DNA of 64,000 nt from a virus. A program made the translations under genes and the position numbers. The stretch lies in the IMG/VR virus record IMGVR_UViG_3300030329_003470, positions 132,582 to 196,581 of that record; one strand, given 5' to 3'. Shown here piece after piece: positions 43,447 through 52,745 of the stretch (the stretch's first letter is position 1; each line of letters opens with the position of its first letter). The notes beneath the pieces were generated by a model that was not told where the DNA came from, searched no databases, and was given only the letters and a program-made list of their open reading frames with translations.

Positions 43447-43919
43447 CGTAATTTACTAACTCTAGTATTAAAAGTAATACCTTCCAAGTGATCAAGTTCA
43501 TGCTGGAAACACTTGGATTCCATTTGATCAAGTCTTGCTGTTTCTTTGGTTCCTTTTGTTGTGTCATATTCTACTTCTATAATTTTTGGTCTTTCTACTT
43601 TAACAAAGATGCCTGGAAAACTTAAACACCCTTCCAGGTCTAAAACTTTTTCTTCGCTTTGTGTTTTAATCACTGGATTCCATATTATAACAGGATTTTT
43701 AAATCTGTCAAATGACTCGTGACCTATTGCAAAAAATCTTTTGGTTATACCGATCTGATTTGCCGCCAGTCCCAAACCGTTAGCACTCTTCATTGCACTA
43801 GCCATTTCCCTTTCAAATTTTTCTAAATCGTCGTAGTGAGGAATTTTATCCTTTTCAAAATCAAAAGGAGTGCTGACTGTTTCTAATGTTTTATATGGAT
43901 ATGTGTATATTTCAATCAT
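43410..43919 (-). CDS. def: Peptide deformylase
   Basis: GLGLAANQIG, EGCLS, QHELDHLEG. Confidence 0.95.
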   Translation of the reverse strand: MIEIYTYPYKTLETVSTPFDFEKDKIPHYDDLEKFEREMASAMKSANGLGLAANQIGITKRFFAIGHESFDRFKNPVIIWNPVIKTQSEEKVLDLEGCLSFPGIFVKVERPKIIEVEYDTTKGTKETARLDQMESKCFQHELDHLEGITFNTRVSKLRWDMAKKKAIKK

Positions 43920-44761
43920 AGATCTTTTATTTTTTTTAAATCATTATTTGAAAGTTGCGGAATTAATACCATAACTTTTACATAAAGATTCCCTCTAATA
44001 TTTAATGTCTTATGAACAGGCATACCTTGTCCCTTGCAACTTACTAATGTACCTGGTTGTGTACCTGCAGGAACTTTTACTTTTATAATAGTGTCTGTTA
44101 ATGTTCTTATTTTTAATTCACAGCCACGTATTGCTTTAAAACAATCAATAGTTCTTTCAGTATATAAATCGTTTCCTTGTCTTGTATAACCATCAGAATC
44201 TAATACACTCATCTGTACTAATAAATCACCACGTGGTACATTTCTTATAGAATCGTCGCCCATACCTTTAAATTTAAAAGTAACACCGTGTTGCACACCT
44301 GCAGGTATTTTTACAGTAGCAAATTCTTCTTTACCAGAAGGCAATTTATAATTAATTGTTTTTTCATTATGATTCATGGCTTCTTTGATTGATATAGCCA
44401 TTCTTACATTAACACTTTTATTTCCTTGTCTTCTAGATCGAAATGTTGTTCGTACACCAGGACCAAAGTCAAATCCTGAAAAGAAGTTCTCAAATATATC
44501 TTCGCCAAATCCATCACCAGAACGAAAATGAAAATTCCTTCCTTGTCCACCCATACCTTCGCCGTATTTTCTTACAGTATCGTATTCGTGTCTTTTCTTT
44601 GTGTCTTTTAATGTATCGTATGCTTCGTTGGCTTCTTTGAATATCTTTTCATTACCACCACGATCTGGATGTTCTTTTTTAGCAATACTTTTAAATGCTT
44701 TTTTAATTTGATCATTTGATGCATTTTCAGATACACCTAGGACATCGTAATAATTCTTCAT
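43916..44761 (-). CDS. dnaJ: DnaJ/CbpA-type co-chaperone (no Zn finger)
   Basis: YYDVLGV, HPDRGG, G/F region, C-terminal GDL..., PAGTQPG. Confidence 0.9.
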   Translation of the reverse strand: MKNYYDVLGVSENASNDQIKKAFKSIAKKEHPDRGGNEKIFKEANEAYDTLKDTKKRHEYDTVRKYGEGMGGQGRNFHFRSGDGFGEDIFENFFSGFDFGPGVRTTFRSRRQGNKSVNVRMAISIKEAMNHNEKTINYKLPSGKEEFATVKIPAGVQHGVTFKFKGMGDDSIRNVPRGDLLVQMSVLDSDGYTRQGNDLYTERTIDCFKAIRGCELKIRTLTDTIIKVKVPAGTQPGTLVSCKGQGMPVHKTLNIRGNLYVKVMVLIPQLSNNDLKKIKDL

Positions 44762-44768
44762 TTATTAT

Positions 44769-44796
44769 ATTATATAATAGATTGACAGAATGTCAA
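44769..44796 (-). promoter_or_regulatory. sigma70-type promoter for dnaJ-def-clpA, overlapped by inverted repeat
   Basis: TTGACA-N16-TATAAT-N7-ATG; ATTGACA-N3-TGTCAAT at 44781-44797. Confidence 0.7.
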
Positions 44797-44806
44797 TGTT
44801 TGGTAA

Positions 44807-45157
44807 CTATTTTTTACCTTTTGGTATATTAGCACCTGGCTTACCAACGTATAAACCAAAGAAGGCCGCACCAGCACCAACTATTGTTGATATAAACATA
44901 GCCTGAGCATTCGTTGGATCTTCTAGACCCATGAACCATTTTACTGAAGTATAAAAAGCAAAGATGTAGGCCAACATTACCAGTCTAGGAATTATTCTAA
45001 ACTTGTCCATTATCCCTGCTGTTTTGTTATACCAAGTAGGTGCTTCATCTCCGGTATCAGGAACAAGATCACTTTTCTTTAATTCGTATTCTTCAGTTGT
45101 TCTTTTAACTTTAATTTTATCTTTTGATACTAGCATATCTTCATTTAAATCAGCCAT
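44807..45157 (-). CDS. Two-TM membrane protein (holin candidate)
   Basis: Two TM helices, basic C-terminus, end of lysis-associated run; start refined to 45157. Confidence 0.5.
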   Translation of the reverse strand: MADLNEDMLVSKDKIKVKRTTEEYELKKSDLVPDTGDEAPTWYNKTAGIMDKFRIIPRLVMLAYIFAFYTSVKWFMGLEDPTNAQAMFISTIVGAGAAFFGLYVGKPGANIPKGKK

Positions 45158-45750
45158 TATTTTAACTCCGGAATTTTGTTGTTTCTTTTTCTGTGTCCGT
45201 TCCATGCAACAAAGCCACCTAATCTTAATGACCAGTATGCAAGATAGTTCATAGAATAAAAACCATTTACGTTGATATTAATATCTCTGAATATCTCGTC
45301 TGCTCTTTTTTGTGTTAACTCACCCATTGTTTTCTTTTTGTTTTTTTCTAAAAGAGTTTTGTATTTGTATGCATAGTCATGAATAAGTCCGCCAATTAAT
45401 AATACCCCAACTGGAGAGAAAAAAGTTCTTAAAAATTTTGGAATACTTGCACCATCAAATTGGAATCCTGCTGGTATTACATAATCAGTTCCATCTATTG
45501 CGTAATGAAAATCTTTTGTTACTTTCCAATTTCTTGTTGCTAAAAGCCAACAGATTATACCACCCCAAAACCCTTTTCCTTTAGTGGGTATTTTAAGTGC
45601 CTGCATTGATGGCAGTTCAGTATATGAAAATTTTAATTTATTTTCTCTTCTTTTGTCTAATATATTGATTAGCCAACCAATTAATACAACTGCAATTAAT
45701 ATAGTCCATTGCCAAAATTTCATTGCAAGTGTTATTATTAAATCTATCAT
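45157..45750 (-). CDS. DUF1353-like protein with N-terminal TM
   Basis: IPAGFQFDGASIP, IHDYAY, ADEIF. Confidence 0.8.
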   Translation of the reverse strand: MIDLIITLAMKFWQWTILIAVVLIGWLINILDKRRENKLKFSYTELPSMQALKIPTKGKGFWGGIICWLLATRNWKVTKDFHYAIDGTDYVIPAGFQFDGASIPKFLRTFFSPVGVLLIGGLIHDYAYKYKTLLEKNKKKTMGELTQKRADEIFRDININVNGFYSMNYLAYWSLRLGGFVAWNGHRKRNNKIPELK

Positions 45751-45780
45751 ACTTTTGTTCCTTTATTAATATGTACGTAT

Positions 45781-46215
45781 TTATTGAATTGCACCTTTGA
45801 CAACACCTTGTTTAACAAGTTTTTGTCTATTTTTCATGTGTTGTTTTTGTACATCCGCTTTTGCACCACCAAAGTAGGCTACTGCGTGTCCTGTTTCACA
45901 CATTATTTTTGCTACAGATTTATCATTTTGTAAGAAGTCACCAAGTACTCTTCCAAACTTACCTTTCATATCAATACCTTTTTTATTGATAGTAGTTTTT
46001 AGTACAGTAGTTTTTCCTAGCAATGATTTTAATTTTGCTTTTGCGGCCAGTCCAAATTTCTTTTCTATCTTATCTCTTGTTCTAGATTCTGGAGTGTCAA
46101 TGCCCATAATTCTTACACGTTCATTTTTTTGCCATATACCAAAACCTAAGTCAATGTCAACATCAACTGTATCGCCGTCTATTACTCTTACTACTTTTGC
46201 CCTATAAGTCCACAT
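45781..46215 (-). CDS. Thermonuclease (SNase-like)
   Basis: VIDGDTVD, RIMGIDTPES, KFGRVL. Confidence 0.88.
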   Translation of the reverse strand: MWTYRAKVVRVIDGDTVDVDIDLGFGIWQKNERVRIMGIDTPESRTRDKIEKKFGLAAKAKLKSLLGKTTVLKTTINKKGIDMKGKFGRVLGDFLQNDKSVAKIMCETGHAVAYFGGAKADVQKQHMKNRQKLVKQGVVKGAIQ

Positions 46216-46595
46216 TATTCTTGCTCGTTTTTCTTATCAGTGTCAGTGCCTTCGTAATATTTTTTGTATTCTTCCAAAAGGTTGTTTGTCTCTTGTAACT
46301 TCTGTCTTATCTGAGCAAAATTTCTAGCAAGTACTTGATAGTCCTTGTCTGTTATTCCAAACAGCACAGGATCTATACCTGCCGCTTCTAGTTTTGCAAA
46401 CACTTCGTCTGCGTTCTTACTTGTAATAATGATCCATTTAAGTTCTTCTAACTCTAATGCTGTTGGCATTGGATAATCAAGTTTTTCTCGAGGTTTTTCA
46501 ATTGAGAATATTTTAATTTTCTTTTCTCCACCTATAGAACAACCAGTAAGAAATACAATTAATGCTATTGCAAATATTTTATTGATATGGTACAT
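46215..46595 (-). CDS. Outer-membrane spanin (Rz1-like lipoprotein)
   Basis: Lipobox FLTGC, Pro-rich segment, overlaps i-spanin end. Confidence 0.75.
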   Translation of the reverse strand: MYHINKIFAIALIVFLTGCSIGGEKKIKIFSIEKPREKLDYPMPTALELEELKWIIITSKNADEVFAKLEAAGIDPVLFGITDKDYQVLARNFAQIRQKLQETNNLLEEYKKYYEGTDTDKKNEQE

Positions 46596-47052
46596 AGTTT
46601 GGGTTTGCTAAACTCGGGCATTCCGGGTTTATCTCCGATTTTAAAGTTGCTTTTAGTTCTTTCTCTGTGTGTTCGGCACCTGATGCCAATTCAACACATC
46701 TTGCCGCATTGGCTGAACCTTTGTTAATAATTCTTTCAATGGCTTTTGTTCTTTCGATTGCTAGTTTGCCAATGTCTCTATTTTTCTTTGTAAACCTTTT
46801 ATCTAACTCCTGTAGATCTTTTTTGAATGTGTTTATTAAAACGTTTAATTTTTTGTTGCTTTCTAAGATTGCATTAAAGTCTTTTTTCTGTTGTTCAAGC
46901 ACTTTGTTTTGTTCAGTAATAGCAGTTTCTAATTGTATTTGGTTTGCTTTTAAAGTGGCGTTGTCTGCCCTCAGTTTCATCACATACATACCTCCTCCAG
47001 CAATACCGGAGATGATAAGGACAGTGAATATAAGTCTAATACTCGAAAACAT
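46579..47052 (-). CDS. Inner-membrane spanin (Rz-like)
   Basis: N-terminal TM, long coiled coil, C-terminal Cys; follows endolysin. Confidence 0.75.
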   Translation of the reverse strand: MFSSIRLIFTVLIISGIAGGGMYVMKLRADNATLKANQIQLETAITEQNKVLEQQKKDFNAILESNKKLNVLINTFKKDLQELDKRFTKKNRDIGKLAIERTKAIERIINKGSANAARCVELASGAEHTEKELKATLKSEINPECPSLANPNYVPYQ

Positions 47053-47063
47053 AATGTACGTAT

Positions 47064-47528
47064 TTATTGAATAAGGCCAGGCTTATAAACAGTTTTTCCG
47101 TTCTCTTTCATTGCTGTAAGAACAGATTTTCTATTACCTTCTGCATTATAACTGACATGAACCCAACCAGAATCTGGTATACCGGGTGTATAAAATTCTA
47201 ATATAAGTTGATCGAAATCTAAATTTTCTTCAATCCAATCTGCAACATCAAAGTTTGGTGTTCCTGGACATTCAATATCAACTGCTTGTCCTTTACAATG
47301 TTGTGATTTAGAAGAGCCGCCAACTGCTTCGTTTAGTGCAGGACCTCTATATCCTGAATTAATAACTGTTACACCAAATTTATCTCTAACAGGTTGTACA
47401 ACATTAGAAAATAATTCTTTTGCGTTTGCTAAATGTTCTTCGCCGGGTGTGTTATCAATGCCTTGTCTTATGGCAGTTTGACTTTTAGTAAATTCTTGTA
47501 AACTGAAATTTTCGCTTAATCTTACCAT
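47064..47528 (-). CDS. Endolysin, peptidase M15A family
   Basis: INSGYR, N.AVGGS..SQH..G.AVDI, GWVHVS. Confidence 0.88.
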   Translation of the reverse strand: MVRLSENFSLQEFTKSQTAIRQGIDNTPGEEHLANAKELFSNVVQPVRDKFGVTVINSGYRGPALNEAVGGSSKSQHCKGQAVDIECPGTPNFDVADWIEENLDFDQLILEFYTPGIPDSGWVHVSYNAEGNRKSVLTAMKENGKTVYKPGLIQ

Positions 47529-48265
47529 CCGCTTTTACTTAATAGAGCAGACTGGTCGCCTTTGCTGAAAATGAATTTGTTTTCTGTAGTTTTGGTAATA
47601 TTATATGGTCCAAAATATTTGGTAAGATGTGTGCATTCTGCAACAGATGCCATATCAATGGCAAATGCTTTTGCTTCTTTCATTATTTCGTTTGTTTTAC
47701 CAACTTTGTGTATTTCAAATTGTAGTTCTTGTTGTGTTCCTGATTTTTTAACACTTAAAATATTGTCTTGCATTTTGCATTCTAACATATCATATTTGTC
47801 AAAAAAGTTTTTTGCTTCACCAATTTTAATTTCACTCACTCTTTGTTCATATGCTTCTGGAGTAGTTGGAACCGTTTCTGCTAATGTTGAATCAGATACT
47901 GTTGTTGGATTTTGTCCTTTATGATATGTGTATTCAAAACATTCGTGATTAGTTAATTTTTTTAAATCTTCTAAAAAAGAAACTATATGTGATATAACAT
48001 CTGGCTTTCTAGCAAACTCTATGAATACTCTGTGTTTGCCATCTTCCATTGTACCTGGAGTAGCATCTGCGTCCATGATTGCTTTATATCCTGTTTCTGC
48101 AAAACGTTCTAAATCTCTTGCTGGTGCTTGTCCATCAACTGTAAAAGCAAGAACCATTATGTTCCTGTCTTCGCCCATTTTAGATTTGTATTGATCAATT
48201 GAAAAACGATTTGAAACAACACCTTCTAAATCTCCGGCTTTTAATCCTTCTTTAACTATCTGCAT
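47522..48265 (-). CDS. Conserved-looking phage protein, possibly structural (MQIVKE...YKSKMGED)
   Basis: ORF track. Confidence 0.7.
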   Translation of the reverse strand: MQIVKEGLKAGDLEGVVSNRFSIDQYKSKMGEDRNIMVLAFTVDGQAPARDLERFAETGYKAIMDADATPGTMEDGKHRVFIEFARKPDVISHIVSFLEDLKKLTNHECFEYTYHKGQNPTTVSDSTLAETVPTTPEAYEQRVSEIKIGEAKNFFDKYDMLECKMQDNILSVKKSGTQQELQFEIHKVGKTNEIMKEAKAFAIDMASVAECTHLTKYFGPYNITKTTENKFIFSKGDQSALLSKSGW

Positions 48266-48728
48266 TGAAAGTATTTCCTGTGTTCATGTCTGCTTCGTCT
48301 TGACTTTCTATTTCGTCTTTACCGTGTTTAAAATTACCAATTAATTCTTTTGGCATTTTAATCTCTACTACCCAAATATCGTGTGCGTCAATTTTACCTT
48401 TAGTTGTACCAGGTCTGTAATCTTCTGGAGACTTGATTTGTCTTGGTTTTAATAGTTCGTCTTTTTGGTATGTAACTTTACAACCTCTATCTAGTAATCT
48501 TTTGCCACCAGATGGATCAGGCATTTTATCAGCAGGCCACATAAATGAACAAGTAACAAAATGTCTTGAATCATTAGGACCGCTTAATAGTTCACCTTCT
48601 TGCCAATTAGCGAAAACATACACATCTAACTCGTCTAATACCCTTTCAAAATCCTTTAAAATCGTTAAAGTAGGGCCTACGGCGTATAAAGACTGTACAT
48701 TTCTGATTATATCTAATACATCATGCAT
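48252..48728 (-). CDS. Conserved-looking phage protein (MPDPSGG.RLL motif)
   Basis: ORF track; TAAATA-N8-ATG. Confidence 0.75.
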   Translation of the reverse strand: MHDVLDIIRNVQSLYAVGPTLTILKDFERVLDELDVYVFANWQEGELLSGPNDSRHFVTCSFMWPADKMPDPSGGKRLLDRGCKVTYQKDELLKPRQIKSPEDYRPGTTKGKIDAHDIWVVEIKMPKELIGNFKHGKDEIESQDEADMNTGNTFNADS

Positions 48729-48748
48729 AATGCTATTATTTAGCGAAG

Positions 48749-49018
48749 TTATTTGATGAACGGATCAATGGATTGTTTGTAATAATTGTAGAAATAGTTG
48801 TATATCTTTTCATACGATAATATTTGATCTTGCTTAACTCCTGGTATTTCACATTTAATAACAGTTTTGTTTACCAAGTCTAATACTATTCCTGCTCCTG
48901 CTCTTTTACCTGGACCAACTTTCTTTCTAGTTAATTCAACTAGTTCGTCATATTTTCCTTGACTGTTAATACTGTATTTTACAAGTAGAAATCTTTTTTT
49001 GTTGTGCTTACTGCCCAT
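48749..49018 (-). CDS. Hypothetical protein
   Basis: ORF track. Confidence 0.6.
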   Translation of the reverse strand: MGSKHNKKRFLLVKYSINSQGKYDELVELTRKKVGPGKRAGAGIVLDLVNKTVIKCEIPGVKQDQILSYEKIYNYFYNYYKQSIDPFIK

Positions 49019-49937
49019 TTGATAATCTTGCCAGTTTAATCATCGTTGCCGCCAAGTTTATTTCTGGATCAGCCATAGCAGGATGATCAACTAGTCCTTG
49101 TTTTATAATTAAAACTGCTTTGTCTTGTTGATCCTCGTCTTTAGATATTAAATCTAGATTGTTGTATAACCATCTGTATATGCCTTCACACTCTTGAGGA
49201 TTTGCTTTTGATACTACAAGTTTTCTTGCTTCATTAACTTTACCTTGTTTGAAAAGTTCAACCATTTTTGACATCCAATCTAATTGCATACTTTCCTCAG
49301 CCGCTGGTGGAAGTAATTTACTGTCTTTTACGTTTTGTTGTACTGCATTAATACATTTTCTTAAATCAGGATAACATGATCTAACATACGTATCTACAGT
49401 ATCAATATCAATTTCAACTTTTTCAGCAACTAGTATTTCAGCAACTCTTGCCGTGTATTCTGTTTTGTCAAGAGTATCCATTTTAAATCCTTGACATCTG
49501 CTTTTTATTGCTTCAATAATTTTATGCACATAGTTACAAGTTAAAATAAATCTTGCACTACTGGCATATTCTTCCATAACTCCACGTAATGCCGCTTGAG
49601 CATTTACACTCATATAATCTGCTTCATCAAGTAAAACATATTTGAATTCACCAAATGGCATTATTTGTATAAATCTTGTAATTTTATCTCTAACTTCATC
49701 AACACCTGTTTCTCTGGCCGCATTTATATGAAGTATATCATAACTGCTTACTTCTAATTCATTCAGCAAAACTTTAGCAAGTGTAGTTTTTCCTGTACCT
49801 GGAGATCCATGAAATAATAAATGTGGAATTGATTTTTCTTTTACCCAAGTTTCAATTTGTTTTTTTTGCGTTTCGTCACGAACCACATATTCTTTTACTG
49901 TGTTTGGTCTATATTTTTCTACCCAAAGTTCTTTCAT
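49008..49937 (-). CDS. Clamp loader AAA+ subunit (gp44/RFC small subunit-like)
   Basis: WVEKYRP, GSPGTGKT, LLDEAD, AQAALR, IKSRC. Confidence 0.93.
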   Translation of the reverse strand: MKELWVEKYRPNTVKEYVVRDETQKKQIETWVKEKSIPHLLFHGSPGTGKTTLAKVLLNELEVSSYDILHINAARETGVDEVRDKITRFIQIMPFGEFKYVLLDEADYMSVNAQAALRGVMEEYASSARFILTCNYVHKIIEAIKSRCQGFKMDTLDKTEYTARVAEILVAEKVEIDIDTVDTYVRSCYPDLRKCINAVQQNVKDSKLLPPAAEESMQLDWMSKMVELFKQGKVNEARKLVVSKANPQECEGIYRWLYNNLDLISKDEDQQDKAVLIIKQGLVDHPAMADPEINLAATMIKLARLSNGQ

Positions 49938-50071
49938 TAGTAATGACCCTTCATTTTAGCATATGCAATCCCGATTAATACAAACACAACAATTAATAAT
50001 GCTGGTAATATAACAACCGGGTGCATTCTTTCAGATAATGGAACTTCTTTTTTTTTATCTTTTTGTTCCAT
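49937..50071 (-). CDS. Small single-TM protein (44 aa)
   Basis: Start refined to ATG 50071 after fdh stop. Confidence 0.55.
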   Translation of the reverse strand: MEQKDKKKEVPLSERMHPVVILPALLIVVFVLIGIAYAKMKGHY

Positions 50072-50072
50072 A

Positions 50073-51269
50073 TTATTTCTTATACTTCGCCGCCTCTTCA
50101 GATCCTCCAGTAGCAGTACCTTTACTGTAACTGTGAGCACCCATACCTGCAAGTTCGCCGTTCTGCACAATTAGATATTGATTTCTAATTGGTGCGTTGT
50201 CAAAGAAACATTCTAATATTTCTCTAACACCGTCAGCATACCTTGCCTGTGCTGATAAAGATGTTCCTGATGTGTGAGGAGTCATACCATGATTCGGCAT
50301 TGTTCTCCAAACGTGATCATTTGGTGCTGGTTGTGGGAACCAAACGTCTCCTGCATAGCCAGATAGTTGTCCACTTTTTAATGCATCAGCAATGGCTTCT
50401 CTATTACAGATTTTGCCTCTTGCAGTATTAACAATGTAAGCACCTTTTTTCATCTTGCTTATCATTTCTGCATCAAATAAGTTTTCTGTCTCTGGGTGTA
50501 GTGGACAGTTGATTGTTACAACATCACACACTTTAACCATAGATTCTACTGACTCATGAAAAGTAAGATTTAACTCTTGCTCTACTGCTTCGGGTAGTCT
50601 GTGTCTGTCAAAGTAATGTAAATGTACATCAAATGGTTTCATTTTTCTCAAAGCATCTAAGCCAATACGTCCAGCCGCAACTGTACCTATGTGCATACCT
50701 TCAACGTCATATGATCTTTGTACTGCGTCAGCAATATTCCAACCACCTTCGTTAACTATTCTATGTTGATTGTGATAATCTCTCACCATAGAAACAATCA
50801 TCATAACAATGTGTTCTGCAACTGATCTTGAATTACAATAAGTTACTTCAACAACATCAATTTTGTTGTCCATAGCCGCTTGTAAGTCCACGTGATCAGA
50901 TCCAATACCTGCCGTGATTGCCATTTTTAGGTTTTTTGCTTTTTCAATTCTTTCTCTTGTCAAATAATAAGGGAAAAAAGGTTGAGAAATAACAACGTCT
51001 GCGTCAACAATATGTTTGTCTGCTTCACATTCGTCACCATCTTTACTAGAAGTCACAACGAGTTCATGTCCTGCGTCTTCTAAGAACTTTCTAAGTCCAA
51101 GTTCTCCAGATACACAACCTAACAATTCACCTGCATTAAAATCTCTGCCTTTAGGTGAAGGTAATGTCATACCATCTGGATACTTTTCTAACTTAGGTAA
51201 ATCCGTAAGTGGATAAGACTCAGGCATTCCGCCTTTTGGGTCATCGTATAAAATACAAAGTATTTTCAT
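50073..51269 (-). CDS. fdh: NAD-dependent formate dehydrogenase
   Basis: GCVSGELGLR, ISQPF, AGIGSDHVD, SVAEH, AAGRIG, YFDRH, NTARG, WFPQP, PHTSG; full length; AGGAG SD. Confidence 0.95.
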   Translation of the reverse strand: MKILCILYDDPKGGMPESYPLTDLPKLEKYPDGMTLPSPKGRDFNAGELLGCVSGELGLRKFLEDAGHELVVTSSKDGDECEADKHIVDADVVISQPFFPYYLTRERIEKAKNLKMAITAGIGSDHVDLQAAMDNKIDVVEVTYCNSRSVAEHIVMMIVSMVRDYHNQHRIVNEGGWNIADAVQRSYDVEGMHIGTVAAGRIGLDALRKMKPFDVHLHYFDRHRLPEAVEQELNLTFHESVESMVKVCDVVTINCPLHPETENLFDAEMISKMKKGAYIVNTARGKICNREAIADALKSGQLSGYAGDVWFPQPAPNDHVWRTMPNHGMTPHTSGTSLSAQARYADGVREILECFFDNAPIRNQYLIVQNGELAGMGAHSYSKGTATGGSEEAAKYKK

Positions 51270-51293
51270 TTGTGTCTCCTGTTAGTGTAGCAA

Positions 51294-52334
51294 TTATATG
51301 ATATTTGATTCTCTTTGTCTATATAATTGTTCTGCGGCAAGATTTTTAGATTTGGCTTCTACTTGTATGTCAAATTGTTCATTGAACGACAATGCCCAAT
51401 CATTTACCTTTGCGTTTGGTAATAAGTCTGAATGTGCTCTAAGTTTTTGTTTTTTACAACCTCTGTCTAGTAAATCTTTGATGTTGTGCATTTCTGTATG
51501 TGTTTTGTTACCCAACTGTGCAGGTGCAAGTGCTTCATCTCGAGAATAAGAATAATGCATGGTAGGTCTAACACCACGCCACGAGTCTACAACTCTTTTA
51601 ACTCTGTCATCATTAGGCTCAATGTATTCCTCATCACGTATCCAATGATGGTGTATGTCCATAACAAGTGCAAGATGTTTTTCTAGTTCTAAACTTGCAT
51701 CTAATCCATGTCCCATTTCGTCGTTCTCGATTGTAATAAGATTTCTTGCTTCAGGTGATAGTCTAGGTAATACTTTTATAATACCTTCTGGTCCTTGTCT
51801 GCCTGAGATGTGTACATTAATCTTGCAACCGTCTTGGAATGATTTACCAAAACCCATCCAACGTGCCATGTTAACATGATATTCAAATTCATCTATGCTA
51901 CGATCTACAATGTCTGGAGTCTCAGATGCAAGTACAGTAAATTGTCCTGGGTGGAAAGATATTTTTACATCTAGTTTACGAGCAAGATCGCCCACTTCTG
52001 CAAAATGTTTTTCACAATAACGTACAATGTCTGGAGAGTCTATATAATAACGCCAAGTTTTTTCTGTTGCCATAGGTAGTACGGGAGATCCTAGTCTGCA
52101 CATTCTACGGTCTAGTGGTAGTGTACCTACTTTTGCAACAAGTTTTTTAAGTGATTCAATATTGTGTTTAACAACCATATCAAGTTTTGCTTCTGCTTGA
52201 TCTTTGTGTTCGTTTAACCAACGAACTGTGGTTGCTTTTGTGTTAAAAGGTCTTTGTATTTCTTCTAATTGTTTTGTTTTTAGTGTCTGATCATGATGAT
52301 ACCACTGACAGCAAAATCCTATACGTTTGTGCAT
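51294..52334 (-). CDS. uvsE: UV damage endonuclease (UvsE/UvdE)
   Basis: RIGFCC, SFHPGQF, INVH, IENDE, DIHHH, AHSD, VEAKSK. Confidence 0.9.
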   Translation of the reverse strand: MHKRIGFCCQWYHHDQTLKTKQLEEIQRPFNTKATTVRWLNEHKDQAEAKLDMVVKHNIESLKKLVAKVGTLPLDRRMCRLGSPVLPMATEKTWRYYIDSPDIVRYCEKHFAEVGDLARKLDVKISFHPGQFTVLASETPDIVDRSIDEFEYHVNMARWMGFGKSFQDGCKINVHISGRQGPEGIIKVLPRLSPEARNLITIENDEMGHGLDASLELEKHLALVMDIHHHWIRDEEYIEPNDDRVKRVVDSWRGVRPTMHYSYSRDEALAPAQLGNKTHTEMHNIKDLLDRGCKKQKLRAHSDLLPNAKVNDWALSFNEQFDIQVEAKSKNLAAEQLYRQRESNII

Positions 52335-52340
52335 ATTATA

Positions 52341-52368
52341 ATTGTAACAGATATATGTTATTTGTCAA
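52341..52368 (-). promoter_or_regulatory. sigma70-type promoter for uvsE-fdh
   Basis: TTGACA-N16-TACAAT-N6-ATG. Confidence 0.7.
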
Positions 52369-52745
52369 TCTTTATAAAAGGCCCATTGGCCAATTATATC
52401 ACTGCATTTCAGTTTAAAACCATATTCGCGGTCTATGTCTCGAAGTATTTTGTTTGCTTTTGCCATGCTTAAACCAATATCTGCTGGTACTGGCAATGCT
52501 TCAATTTCTTTTTGTTTTAATTTTTTTGCCGCCTGTACTCTGTGCCAACCATCTGTTAGCAAATAATATCCTGAATCTTTAATTGGTGTAACTAATATTG
52601 GATCCCATATTCCGTCTTTAACTAATTTTGCTATCCAACTTCTTTTTTCTTTGTTTAAAGGACGCACTGCACCTAGACCCATTTCAGCCATAGTTACAAG
52701 TTTGTCTATTGGTACAAAAGTTCTTTTTGTTTTAATCCGTTTCAT
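52365..52745 (-). CDS. ParB/Sulfiredoxin N-terminal-domain protein
   Basis: PILV...YLLTDGWHRVQA. Confidence 0.75.
   Translation of the reverse strand: MKRIKTKRTFVPIDKLVTMAEMGLGAVRPLNKEKRSWIAKLVKDGIWDPILVTPIKDSGYYLLTDGWHRVQAAKKLKQKEIEALPVPADIGLSMAKANKILRDIDREYGFKLKCSDIIGQWAFYKD

Noticed and set aside
44781-44797. CIRCE/HrcA or HAIR/HspR operator at dnaJ
   Set aside because: Sequence does not match TTAGCACTC-N9-GAGTGCTAA or CTTGAGT-N7-ACTCAAG
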